From assembly GCA_034669905.1 (NCBI GenBank), contig JAXMOL010000001.1:160001-224000 (forward strand): a DNA stretch of 64,000 nucleotides, in the 5' to 3' direction. A program made the position numbers and the translations under genes. Source of the DNA: Candidatus Hydrogenedentota bacterium. GTDB taxonomy: Bacteria > Hydrogenedentota > Hydrogenedentia > Hydrogenedentales > JAEUWI01. Below are positions 48,014-57,864 of the stretch, piece by piece. Positions within the stretch are counted from its first letter, which is position 1. The number at the start of each line of letters is the position of its first letter. The notes under the pieces are model-generated. The model was given only the letters and a program-made list of their open reading frames with translations, did not search any database and was not told the DNA's origin.

Positions 48014-49900
48014 TTATTCGGACAATGCGAGGACTTGTCGCAGGGGCCGCATTTCAAAGGTTCGGGGAGTATGTCGGAACACTTCATCAAATGTGGTGAG
48101 GCCGCGCACCACCTTGGCGCAGGCGTCTTCCCGCATACTGATGAGTCCCGTTGTCTCCACACTGAGTTGTCGTATCACGTGCGCCGACTTTTTCGCGAGG
48201 ATGGCCTCTTTTACCGGCTCGTTGAGCACCAGCAATTCGTAGGCACCCACGCGGCCCCGGTAGCCGGTATAGGCACAGTGATTGCACCCCCGTCCACGCT
48301 GGTACTCATATTGCCGCAGTTCATCGAGGGAAAGGCCGATGGTCTGGGCTTCCTTTCCGGTAGGCACATAGGGCGAGGTGCAGTGGGTGCAGATTCTTCT
48401 CAACAGACGCTGGGCCACCACGGAAACCACGGTGGACGAAATGAGGAAGGTCTCAATATCCATATCGATGAGCCGCAGCAGGCCACCGATGGTATCTTCG
48501 GTGTGAAAGGTGGAATAGACCTTGTGTCCGGTGAGGGCCGCTTGAATGGCCACCTGGGCGGACTCTTTATCCCGGATCTCGCCCATCACAATAATATCGG
48601 GGTCCTGACGCACAATCTCTCGTAAGGTCGAGTGAAAGGTACGCCCGATTTTCTCGTGAATGGAGCACTGGATAATACCCTCGATGGTAAACTCGACGGG
48701 GTCTTCTGCCGTGATAATCTTGGTGTTAATATCGTTGCAATAGGCAATGCTGCTGTAGAGGGTGGTCGTTTTACCGGAACCCGTGGGCCCGGTGTAGAGC
48801 ACGACCCCCGTGGGCGTATGCAACACATCTTCGCGGTAACGGGCAAGCATATTGGGCGCCATGCCCAGGTGATCCAGGGTCACCAGTGCCATCTCACGAT
48901 TGAGAATTCGCATGACCGCCGATTCACCGTAGACGGTGACATAGATGGAAATCCGCAAATCAACTTCGCGTTCGTCAAAGGAAAACTGGAATCGTCCGCC
49001 CTGGTGCCGCTGGTGCTCCGCAATATTCAGCTCAGACAAAATCTTCAGGCGTGAAATCAGCTTTACGAGCAGCTCTTTGGGCAAGTCGGTCTTGTACACC
49101 AACACGCCGTCAATCCGATAGCGGATGCGAACCACTTCCTCCATAGGCTCGATATGGATGTCGCTGGCCCCCTCTTGAATCGCTTCCTGAATAATATGGT
49201 TCAGGATGGGGACGATCGTATCTTCGGCTTCGCTGCCCCCTTGCCCCCCCCGGGCACCGCTGGGCACCCGTGTATTGTAGAAATCGCGAAGGCTCTGGTT
49301 GATGGTTTCTTTGGGGCCCAGAGCCAGTTTGAACTTGTCGCGATAGAGCTCCCGAATGGCCTGAAGGACACTGCGGTTATCCAATTCCGAAACGACGACC
49401 ATGACGGTACCCTCTTCGTTACGCGAAAAGGGCAAGAATCCATTCGTCATCAGAAATTCGGGAGAGGCACCACCCAGCACGTCTTTGTCGAGCATACTGG
49501 CGCTGGGCTCGATATAAGGAACTCCGGACTGGTGCGCCACGTTACGGAGGAGCGTGCGTTCATTGATGGCACCGAGACTGAGCAGGGCCTCGCCAAGGCG
49601 GATTCCTTGCTCTTGCTGGGTCTTGAGGGCGATGGAGAGCGTGTCGGCCGTAATGATGCCCTGCTCCACCAGCAGGTCACCCAATCGGAGGTTCCCCCCC
49701 TGGCTCGCGATGGCTTCCGTAAGGGCCTTGCGTTCGCCATAACCCAGATCGACCAGCACCTCCACGAGTTGCTTGGGATCTTCCAGCATGGATTGGACGC
49801 GGAGGGCCCGGGTTAATTGCTCTTTCGTTATGGCACCGGCCGCAACGAGGGCATCCCCTATGGCGGAATGAAGGGAATCATTGGGGGTACTGGATGCCAT
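48014..49900 (-). CDS. GspE/PilB-family assembly ATPase with N-terminal MshEN c-di-GMP-binding motifs
   Basis: 'ASDIHIEP', 'RYRIDG', GPTGSGKTTTLY, 'TAEDPVE', 'RQDPDIIVMGEIRD', 'TGHKVYSTFHT', tetra-Cys. N-terminal RLGDLLVEQGII...RLGEALLSLGAI. Confidence 0.92.
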   Translation of the reverse strand: MASSTPNDSLHSAIGDALVAAGAITKEQLTRALRVQSMLEDPKQLVEVLVDLGYGERKALTEAIASQGGNLRLGDLLVEQGIITADTLSIALKTQQEQGIRLGEALLSLGAINERTLLRNVAHQSGVPYIEPSASMLDKDVLGGASPEFLMTNGFLPFSRNEEGTVMVVVSELDNRSVLQAIRELYRDKFKLALGPKETINQSLRDFYNTRVPSGARGGQGGSEAEDTIVPILNHIIQEAIQEGASDIHIEPMEEVVRIRYRIDGVLVYKTDLPKELLVKLISRLKILSELNIAEHQRHQGGRFQFSFDEREVDLRISIYVTVYGESAVMRILNREMALVTLDHLGMAPNMLARYREDVLHTPTGVVLYTGPTGSGKTTTLYSSIAYCNDINTKIITAEDPVEFTIEGIIQCSIHEKIGRTFHSTLREIVRQDPDIIVMGEIRDKESAQVAIQAALTGHKVYSTFHTEDTIGGLLRLIDMDIETFLISSTVVSVVAQRLLRRICTHCTSPYVPTGKEAQTIGLSLDELRQYEYQRGRGCNHCAYTGYRGRVGAYELLVLNEPVKEAILAKKSAHVIRQLSVETTGLISMREDACAKVVRGLTTFDEVFRHTPRTFEMRPLRQVLALSE

Positions 49901-49981
49901 AGTTAGAACCTCTTTCCATGAGACAAGCGATGAATTCCGCACGAAATCCTGCCCGTGCCGTAGCCCCCGTCACGGGTCACG

Positions 49982-50872
49982 TCATATGCGGCGTCGAGCG
50001 GCTTCCACCGTATTTTTCATGAGCATGGCAATGGTCATCGGACCTACACCACCGGGTACGGGCGTAATCGCGCGGGCCTTCTTACTCACATTCTTAAAAT
50101 CAACATCGCCCACGAGGCGACTACCGGACTTGCGGGTCTTGTCGGCAATACGATTAATGCCCACATCGATGACCACCACGCCCTCCTTCACCATGCGGCT
50201 CTTCACAAACTCGGGAATCCCAATGGCGGCCACGAGGATATCGGCCTGCTTGGTGATGGACGCGAGATTTTTTGTACGCGAGTGGCACACCGTCACGGTC
50301 GCGTTGCCACCGAGGGCCTTTTGCATCAAGAGGGCCGCTACGGGTTTGCCGACAATATTCGAGCGGCCCAGGACGACCACATGCTTGCCGGCCGGGTCAT
50401 AGCCGCTGCGCAGGAGCATCTCAATACAGCCTGCGGGTGTACAGGGCACAAAGCCCTTCTCACCGTTGAGCAATTTCCCGACATTGACCGGATGAAAGCC
50501 ATCCACATCCTTTGCAGGGTCAACCGCATTAAGCACCTTTTGTTCGTCGATATGCTTGGGCAGGGGCATCTGAACCAGGATCCCGTGGACCTTCGGGTCG
50601 CTGTTCAACTTGGCAATAATACCCAGCAGACGGCGTTCCGTGCAGGAAGCAGGCAAATCGTGGGCGTAGGAATTGATGCCCAGCTCTTCGCAGGTCCGAC
50701 GCTTACTGGCCACGTAAACCTGGCTGGCGGGGTCTTCGCCTACCAGGACGACGGCGAGCCCCGGCGTCCGTTTGGCCTTGGCAATTGCGGCGACATCGAC
50801 CTTCAATTCTGCCCGAATTTCCGCCGAGAGTGCTGTACCGGAGATAATCTTGGGTTTCCGAACTGAAGCCAT
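49982..50872 (-). CDS. folD: Bifunctional methylenetetrahydrofolate dehydrogenase/cyclohydrolase
   Basis: 'PGLAVVLVGEDPASQVYV', 'GILVQMPLP', 'KDVDGFHP', 'PCTPAG', 'GRSNIVGKP', 'TPVPGGVGPMT'. Confidence 0.96.
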   Translation of the reverse strand: MASVRKPKIISGTALSAEIRAELKVDVAAIAKAKRTPGLAVVLVGEDPASQVYVASKRRTCEELGINSYAHDLPASCTERRLLGIIAKLNSDPKVHGILVQMPLPKHIDEQKVLNAVDPAKDVDGFHPVNVGKLLNGEKGFVPCTPAGCIEMLLRSGYDPAGKHVVVLGRSNIVGKPVAALLMQKALGGNATVTVCHSRTKNLASITKQADILVAAIGIPEFVKSRMVKEGVVVIDVGINRIADKTRKSGSRLVGDVDFKNVSKKARAITPVPGGVGPMTIAMLMKNTVEAARRRI

Positions 50873-51142
50873 GTGAACCGTGTCCTTCCAAGGGGTGCGG
50901 GGGTGACAAATCATCGTAAACGCTACTATGAAAAGGAGATGGAGCACCTGGTCACCACTCCTGCCTGCGGCTATTCTAGCGTGTAGGTACGTACAGTGCA
51001 AAAAAACGGCTGTGATTACCCCGCACCTGCCCGCCGGAATACTTCCGACCAATCTGGCTCACCCGTGCAGGGGCTTTCCCTTTCCTGACCGATGCCGTAG
51101 TATAGACAAGATTCTAAGACCCGACCAAAAGGAAGCTCTCCG

Positions 51143-53512
51143 ATGCGCGCTGCGAAGGCCCTGTTGTTTTCGACCCTCACTGTGCTTTGTTCCCTGGCCC
51201 ACAGCGCCGATGCATCGAAGGGCATTGTCCTGTGTCGAGATGGCCAACCCACGGCCACCCTCGTGCTGGGTGCCGACGCCACCCCGCAGGCACAGGAAGC
51301 GGCCCGGTCCCTCCAGACCTATCTCGCCCGCATCAGCGGGGCCACCCTGCCCATTGCGGCGGAAGGAGATGCCCTCACAGGCACCCGTGTCTTCATCGGA
51401 CCGAGCGCGACGGTGAGTGCCTTGGGCGTAAACATTCCCGCAGGGGTCACCTACCAGATGAAGGAAGAGGGATTTGTCATCAAGACGGTAGGCCAGGACC
51501 TGATCCTGGCGGGCAATGAAGACTGGAATTACCAGGGCACAACCTACGCCGTGTTCCATCTCCTGGAGCAACTGGGCTGTCGCTGGTTCTTTCCGGGGGA
51601 GTTCGGGGAGGTCATCCCTTCGAAGCCGTCCCTTACCGTGCCGCCTATGGACCTGGTCTCCCGCCCCGACTTTCGCTTTCGCAATCTCTGGTATGCCGGG
51701 TGGATGCCCGCCGAAGCGCCGGATCAGGAGCGGCTTCGCGTCTGGTATGCGCGCAACAAGTTGATGGGCCTGTCGATGAGCCTGCCGGGGGATGGCAGTA
51801 TCTCCCAGTTAGCCCCGGCGGCCACTTATTTCGAGTCTCACCCCCACCTCTATGCCCTGGGAAAGGATGGGGAACGTCACCAGGAAATGCTCTGCATGAC
51901 GGAGCCGGAGGCAGTGCGTATCGGGGTGGAAACCATTCTCACCTATTTCCGGGAACATCCCGATGCCTTTACCTTTGGCTTTGCCCCTCCGGATGGGTAC
52001 CCCCTCTGCTATTGTGAGCGCTGCACGGCGGCCCTGCCTGGCTTCATGGGGAAGGGCTATGGAGATCCCAGCCTGAGCGACCTGTGGTTCCGTTTCGCCA
52101 ACGCCGTGGCCACCGAAGTCTATAAAGAATTTCCCGAACGCTGGATCCTGACCAATGGCTATTCCAACCGGGTGCGCCTGCCCGAGAGCATCCGGGAATT
52201 CAGCCCCAACCTGGGCATTCAGTCGGCGGTCATCCAGGCGTGCAGCATCCACCGCATCGGCGACCCCAAATGCTGGCAGCGCCAGACCTACCAGCAAATC
52301 CTCAATCGCTGGACCGACGCCCTCGACTTCGTCTTTGTCTATGACTACGACCCGGGTAAGGCGGTGGACAATCTGCCCTTCCCCGCGCTTCACAACCTGC
52401 GCCATGACATGCCCTATTTCAAGGAGCGGGGCCTGGCGGGATTCTGGACGGAGGGCAGTAATTCGTGGATGGTCACCCACCTGAATTACTACGTGCGCGC
52501 CAAACTCATGTGGGATGTGGAAGCGGATGTGGACGCCCTCGTCCGGGATTATTGCGAGCACTTCTATGGACTGGCGGCCAAGCCCATGGAGCAGTATATC
52601 TGGACCCTGGAAGACGCCGTGGAATCCACGTCCATACACACGACCTGGGGGCGTCTCGTACCCTGGAAGACCATCCTCGCTCCCGTGCAGGATCGGCTGG
52701 AACGCCTGCTCCTAAAAGCCGAGTCCCGTGCAGAATCCCCGGTCTACGCGGCGCGGATTGCCATCATGCGGCAGGTTCACGATCACATGATGGCCTACGT
52801 GGCCATGGAATCCGCGCTGGAGGAAGCGGACTGGCAGGGCGCCATCGCCGCCATAGATCAGATGCTCGCCCTGCGCGATGCCGTGACGGCGGTGGAACCC
52901 GGACTCCTGCCCAACACCCCGGACTGGGCGAAAGATTTCCGCAGTACGATGGAGTGGCACCGCAATCTCTATGCGGGATTGGCTGCCAAGGCCGACGGTG
53001 CGGAGGGTGAATTGATTGGGGTATTGCCCCGGGAATGGTCCTTTAAGAAAGACCCAAAGGACCTGGGGGTGATTTACCAATGGTACCTGCCGGAAAACAC
53101 CATGGGTTGGGAACCCATCGACACCACCCGTTACTGGGAAGCCCAGGGACACGCCGATGAAACGGGCTGGGGCTATTGGGGTAAGGCCTGGTACCGCACC
53201 GCCTTTGACGTCCCGAAGGACCGTGCCGATGACACCGTCATGCTGACCATCGGGCCCGCCTACAATGGCGCCGACCACGACCGGGGTATCTGGGTGTGGG
53301 TCAATGGCCGCCTGGTCGATTGGGAGATGGACCGCCACCATCGCCTCGGTTACCACGATGTGCGCACACCCATCCATGTGGATATCACGGCGGACATGAA
53401 GCCGGGCGAAGAAAACACGGTGGCGGTGTTGGTACACACCAACACGCCCGGCCGAAACCCTCGGGGCGGTCTGCACGGGCGCTCGTTTCTCTGGACGCCA
53501 AAGGCGAATTAG
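51143..53512 (+). CDS. Exported DUF4838-like protein (glycoside-hydrolase-like) with C-terminal sugar-binding domain
   Basis: Signal peptide; 'EEGFVIKT', 'YAVFHLLEQLGCRWFFPG', 'YVRAKLMWD', 'YGLAAKPM'; C-terminal 'GKAWYRTAF...VWVNG'. Confidence 0.72.
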   Translation: MRAAKALLFSTLTVLCSLAHSADASKGIVLCRDGQPTATLVLGADATPQAQEAARSLQTYLARISGATLPIAAEGDALTGTRVFIGPSATVSALGVNIPAGVTYQMKEEGFVIKTVGQDLILAGNEDWNYQGTTYAVFHLLEQLGCRWFFPGEFGEVIPSKPSLTVPPMDLVSRPDFRFRNLWYAGWMPAEAPDQERLRVWYARNKLMGLSMSLPGDGSISQLAPAATYFESHPHLYALGKDGERHQEMLCMTEPEAVRIGVETILTYFREHPDAFTFGFAPPDGYPLCYCERCTAALPGFMGKGYGDPSLSDLWFRFANAVATEVYKEFPERWILTNGYSNRVRLPESIREFSPNLGIQSAVIQACSIHRIGDPKCWQRQTYQQILNRWTDALDFVFVYDYDPGKAVDNLPFPALHNLRHDMPYFKERGLAGFWTEGSNSWMVTHLNYYVRAKLMWDVEADVDALVRDYCEHFYGLAAKPMEQYIWTLEDAVESTSIHTTWGRLVPWKTILAPVQDRLERLLLKAESRAESPVYAARIAIMRQVHDHMMAYVAMESALEEADWQGAIAAIDQMLALRDAVTAVEPGLLPNTPDWAKDFRSTMEWHRNLYAGLAAKADGAEGELIGVLPREWSFKKDPKDLGVIYQWYLPENTMGWEPIDTTRYWEAQGHADETGWGYWGKAWYRTAFDVPKDRADDTVMLTIGPAYNGADHDRGIWVWVNGRLVDWEMDRHHRLGYHDVRTPIHVDITADMKPGEENTVAVLVHTNTPGRNPRGGLHGRSFLWTPKAN

Positions 53513-53570
53513 GGACGGTATCGCGCCGATGAACGGGACCTACCCGAAGAGACGAGAACCTTACCGCACA

Positions 53571-53801
53571 TGAGATGGATTCCTGAGGGACGACGCGCGT
53601 TTCTGTCCCGGAGGTGTTTGTGAAGGGCTCATCATCTCCAGATGAATTGGCTTCCACCCCGTGTGTGCGGAAGAGCCCACCGGGACATGTTGCCGCGTTG
53701 GGGTGCCCTTCGCTAATCCGACGCGGCTAAGGGTGGCACCAAGCTTCCACCCCTAAACAGCGTGTGTCGGCGGCAATACGTCCCTGAATAAAATCCCCTC
53801 A
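53571..53801 (+). ncRNA. Candidate structured cis-regulatory RNA (three-way junction) upstream of the pilC operon
   Basis: Helices 53586-92/53779-85, 53604-11/53680-87 and 53688-96/53770-78 abut with no spacers. Inner helix GGGCTC/GAGCCC. Confidence 0.35.
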
Positions 53802-53928
53802 CTACTGTATTTATCACTGCGGCCCACTGGCCCCACGCCAATTTGAATACCTCAACCCACCACAGGTAGGGTTGCAGCGTTCCGGGCGGGTCCGGGAACA
53901 ACCGCCTCATCCAACAGGGGAGCACACT

Positions 53929-55149
53929 ATGCCGGTATATTCCTACCGTGCCGTCAATGGGGACGGAGAAGCCTTTGAAGACACTGTCGAAGCCATATCG
54001 GCCTACGACCTGACCCAGTCGCTGGAGGCCCAGGGACTTCGGGTCACGTCTATCGACTTTGCCGGCCAGGCACCGGGCACCATGGTCAATGCGAAACAAC
54101 TCAGCTGGGAGGAACTACGCCTCTTCACGGAGCAACTGGGGTCTATCGCACGCAGCGGCTATCCCCTCGTGCCCTCCCTGGCGGCCCTGTCGGACGAGTT
54201 GGAACAGCCCCGCCTCCGTGCCGCCACGGAACAACTCCAGAGCGATTTGGCACGGGGCACCTCGTTGGGGGAGGCCTTTCGCCATCAGGAGTCCCGTTTC
54301 CCACCCCTCTTTGGCGCACTGGTCCGTGCAGGCGAATTAACCGGTGACCTGCCCACCGTGCTCGACATGATGAACGATCATGCGACCCGCATGGCGTCGG
54401 TAAAACACCGCGTGAAGATGGCCCTGGCCTATCCCCTTTTACTCGCCATTTGTGCCGTTTCGGTCATCCTCTATCAACTACTCTATATCGTGCCGGTGTT
54501 TTCCGATATCTTTCTCGAAATGGGAGGCCCGCTACCGGTCCCCACCCAGTTTCTCCTCGTGGTATCGGATGTACTGCGCCATCATTGGTCCGTCGTATTG
54601 ATCGGTGCCGCCCTTGTCGCGCTGGGCCTTGTCGCTGTCTATGTGCTGCTGAAACGTCAACCGGAGGGCCGCCGCTTTCTGGACCGCTGCACGCTCTATT
54701 TCCCCGGCATTGGCATGGCCTATCAGGGCGTGGTACAGGCACGCTTCTGCCGTACCTTTGCGCTGCTCCTGGGGGCGCGCGTGCCCCTTATTGATGCCTT
54801 GCTTCTTTCCGGGACGGCTTCGGGAAGTGCGGTGCTGGAGAAGGCCGTGTCCCATGCCAGCGATGTGGTGGCCCAGGGCGGTCGGCTCGTGGACGGCCTG
54901 CGGGTATCCCGCTTTTTCGGGCCGAGCTTTTACTGGCTACTGGGTACGGCGGAAGAGCGGGGCCAGGTGGAATATGCGTTGAACAACCTCGCGGAAAGTG
55001 CAGAGCGGACGGTCCGCACCCGGGAACAATTGCTCGGTTCGGTCATTACGCCCGCCCTGACAATTTTTCTCGGGCTTATCATAGGTTTCATGGTCGTCGC
55101 CCTCTATATGCCCATCTTCACCTTGGGTGATCAGTTGGGGGTGAACTGA
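53929..55149 (+). CDS. PilC/GspF inner-membrane platform protein (canonical, copy A1)
   Basis: 'MPVYSYRAV', 'FTEQLGSIARSGYPL', 'FPPLFGALVRAGELTGDL', 'ALAYP', 'LYMPIFTLG'. Confidence 0.9.
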   Translation: MPVYSYRAVNGDGEAFEDTVEAISAYDLTQSLEAQGLRVTSIDFAGQAPGTMVNAKQLSWEELRLFTEQLGSIARSGYPLVPSLAALSDELEQPRLRAATEQLQSDLARGTSLGEAFRHQESRFPPLFGALVRAGELTGDLPTVLDMMNDHATRMASVKHRVKMALAYPLLLAICAVSVILYQLLYIVPVFSDIFLEMGGPLPVPTQFLLVVSDVLRHHWSVVLIGAALVALGLVAVYVLLKRQPEGRRFLDRCTLYFPGIGMAYQGVVQARFCRTFALLLGARVPLIDALLLSGTASGSAVLEKAVSHASDVVAQGGRLVDGLRVSRFFGPSFYWLLGTAEERGQVEYALNNLAESAERTVRTREQLLGSVITPALTIFLGLIIGFMVVALYMPIFTLGDQLGVN

Positions 55150-56582
55150 TGGCAACCTTACCTTCCTGGCGCTCCCTCTTTATTTTCGGCGAATGGCTTC
55201 GGCGCATGAATCGGGAGGGCAAGGGCGACTCCAACTATCCCCGGGCCGTCCTCAAGAAGGCGCGCAATCCCAAGTGGGAAGGCCCCTATTATTTCAATAC
55301 CAACCGCTGGCGACATGATCTCCTCCTCGTGCTGGAACAGGTGCGCCTCCATGTGAAGTCGAACGTGGCACTGGGACCCGCCTTTGCCATGGCCGCCCGG
55401 GACCACCTCGATACAGGACGGGGCCTGACGCCCCAGCATGTTTCCTATATGGCCAAGCTTGCGGGACTCGGCATCCTCCTCCTCATCAGTCTGGTGGGTG
55501 CCCTCGCGGCCCTGGCGGAAGGGGGGAGTGAAGCGCTGCCCGAACTACTGGAGCCGGGCATCATCGGCATCTGGCTTATCGCAGTGGCGCGCCATAGTGG
55601 CACAAAGCCCGTGGCGGTATTTGCGGCCCTGGAGGCCCACGCGGAACGGGGCCTTTCTCTCTCGGAATCCATGGCACGGCTGCCTCGCTTCTTCCCCAAA
55701 GACCTGGTGACCCTGGTGGCCACGGCCGAACGGACGGGAAAGCTCGATCCCGTTTTGGACAGCTTCAGCCAGGAAACCATCGTGCAGTGGACGGCCCAGC
55801 GGGCGCTTACGCGGGTCTACCGCTATCTGTACTTCGGGTTTATTGTACAGGCCAGTATCTTCGCCTTTATGGCGGTGAAGGTTTTGCCCGTCTACGAAGA
55901 GACGCTCCAGGAAACGGGGACAGCGATTGACCATCCCACGACCATCCCCGGCATTCCGCTGCCCCTCCCTTCCCTGACGGATCTCTATGGGGTGGCCAAC
56001 TTCGCCAGCGTGTACCGCTATCACATCGCCGGATTCTGCTGGCTGATTGCCTTCTGGTTCTGGATTCGCCCCCTGCGCACCCGACGCCATTGGGCCAGCC
56101 GCGTGGAGTCCACACTCCTCCTCGCTGTCCCCGGCATCCGGGGTATGGTGGCGCGGCAAAACCTCGGCACCATCGCCTTTCTGCTCCACCAACTCCTGCG
56201 CGCCGGAGTACCCCTCGAACGGGCGCTGGGTACAGTGGCCGAGGGGGATCTCCATCCCGTCTATCGCCGGTGGGTGGCCCATGTGCGCCAGGGCATCCTC
56301 AATGGCAAGAGTTTCCGGGACGCGTGCACCGGGTTTCGTATGGCCGCCCCCCTGCCCCGCTCCTTTCGGGCCATGGTCAGCATGGGCGAGTTACACGGCC
56401 ACATGGAAAAGGCCCTGGCCTATCTTGCCGAGCAATACCACGGTCAAGTGATACGACGTCAGCAATTGCTCCGGGCCAGCCTCCTTCCGCTGGGCGTTTT
56501 CCTGATGGGCTATTTTGTATTGGCCATCGAGGCGGCGGTCTTTCAGGCCCTGGTCGATTTGGCCGATGCCATGCTCGTGTGA
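55149..56582 (+). CDS. Atypical PilC/GspF paralogue with TM-hairpin insertion (copy B1)
   Basis: 'FFPKDLVTLVATAERTGKLD', 'LLRAGVPLERAL', 'MVSMGELHGHM'; extra N-terminal motif and insertion. Confidence 0.82.
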   Translation: MATLPSWRSLFIFGEWLRRMNREGKGDSNYPRAVLKKARNPKWEGPYYFNTNRWRHDLLLVLEQVRLHVKSNVALGPAFAMAARDHLDTGRGLTPQHVSYMAKLAGLGILLLISLVGALAALAEGGSEALPELLEPGIIGIWLIAVARHSGTKPVAVFAALEAHAERGLSLSESMARLPRFFPKDLVTLVATAERTGKLDPVLDSFSQETIVQWTAQRALTRVYRYLYFGFIVQASIFAFMAVKVLPVYEETLQETGTAIDHPTTIPGIPLPLPSLTDLYGVANFASVYRYHIAGFCWLIAFWFWIRPLRTRRHWASRVESTLLLAVPGIRGMVARQNLGTIAFLLHQLLRAGVPLERALGTVAEGDLHPVYRRWVAHVRQGILNGKSFRDACTGFRMAAPLPRSFRAMVSMGELHGHMEKALAYLAEQYHGQVIRRQQLLRASLLPLGVFLMGYFVLAIEAAVFQALVDLADAMLV

Positions 56583-56643
56583 TCGTTTTGCACCGCCCAG
56601 GCCATTATCCCGACAGGTGTCGAATGGACCAAGGGAACAGACT

Positions 56644-57861
56644 ATGACCAAATTTGTATATCGGGCGTTGGACCCCCACGGTAACGCCGTCGAAGATACG
56701 ATGGATGCGCCGTCGGCCCATGCCGCCACGCGAAAGCTGCAGGAACGGGGCCTCACGGTGAATTCCGTCGAAGAGGCCTTCCCCGAGAAAGGGCTGCTCC
56801 GGGTTTCCGGACGGCTCCATTGGGAAGATCTCCAGCTCCTCTCCGAGCAGTTGGCTTCCATCATTCGCAGCGGGCTACCTTTGGTGCCGTCCCTGCAGGC
56901 CCTCGCCAAGGATCTCCGCCACCCCCGGCTCAAGCCCGTGCTCGAAGGATTGCACCAGGACCTCGACCGGGGCATCGCGCTGGAGGATGCCATCGCCCGT
57001 CAGCATGACCACTTCCCCCCCATGTACCCGGTCCTGATTCGTGCCGGGGAGGCCTCGGGCGATCTGCCGGGCGTGCTGGGGCTCATCAGTGAGCATGCGA
57101 CCCGGATTGTGGACCTGAAACACCGGGTGCAGGCGGCCATGGTCTATCCCCTGATACTGGCCGTCATCTCGCTGACTATCCTGACCTTCCTTCTGGTAAA
57201 GGTCGTGCCCGTCTTTGAGAGCATATTCGCGGAACTGGGAGGCTCTCTTCCGGCACCCACGCGGTTGCTGGTGACCTTGAGCCACGGGGTGCAGAGCGCC
57301 GGCCCCACCATCGCCATCGCCGTCCTGATTGCCCTCATCGGAGGGGTGGTGCTGTGGAGCCGACTCCTGCGCTCCCAACGGGGCCGTTGCCAACTGGAAC
57401 TCTTCCGACTCTACGCACCGTGGGTTGGTCCGGCGTATCACGTGGCCGTGCAGGCCCGTTTCTTCCGTATGATGTCCCTCCTGCTGGCTTCCCGCGTCCC
57501 CGTATTGGATGCCATCGAGCTGTCCGCCGCCGGCTCCGGCAGTGCTGTGTTGGAGCGGGCCAGCGAAGAATCCGTTCTCAGCGTGGCCGCAGGCGAAAAT
57601 CTCTCCGATGCCCTGAAGGGCACCGGATTCTTTGGCCACGATGCCCTGTGGCTCATGGCAACCAGTGAAGCCCGGGGGCGCATCGACGAGGCCTTCGAAA
57701 GTCTGGCCAACCGCTATGAGCGGGAGGTGGCGACCCAGGATCAGATGGCGGGCGCGGTGCTGGGACCGGCTTTTGTCATCGGACTGGGCTGCATGGTGGC
57801 CTTCATCGCCATATCGCTTTACTTACCCATCTTCACGCTGGGCGACCAGATTAATGGATAG
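56644..57861 (+). CDS. PilC/GspF inner-membrane platform protein (canonical, copy A2)
   Basis: 'MTKFVYRAL', 'EQLASIIRSGLPL', 'FPPMYPVLIRAGEASGDL', 'AMVYP', 'LYLPIFTLG'. Confidence 0.9.
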   Translation: MTKFVYRALDPHGNAVEDTMDAPSAHAATRKLQERGLTVNSVEEAFPEKGLLRVSGRLHWEDLQLLSEQLASIIRSGLPLVPSLQALAKDLRHPRLKPVLEGLHQDLDRGIALEDAIARQHDHFPPMYPVLIRAGEASGDLPGVLGLISEHATRIVDLKHRVQAAMVYPLILAVISLTILTFLLVKVVPVFESIFAELGGSLPAPTRLLVTLSHGVQSAGPTIAIAVLIALIGGVVLWSRLLRSQRGRCQLELFRLYAPWVGPAYHVAVQARFFRMMSLLLASRVPVLDAIELSAAGSGSAVLERASEESVLSVAAGENLSDALKGTGFFGHDALWLMATSEARGRIDEAFESLANRYEREVATQDQMAGAVLGPAFVIGLGCMVAFIAISLYLPIFTLGDQING

Positions 57862-57864
57862 GCC

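Noticed and set aside
50873..51142. ZTP or THF riboswitch upstream of folD
   Set aside because: I could not find the conserved GACUGGCG/CGCCUGGG (ZTP) or THF core elements on the minus strand.
53734..53748. TGGCAC-N5-TTCC as a sigma54 promoter for the pilC operon
   Set aside because: The near-invariant -12 GC is CC, so it cannot be supported without data.
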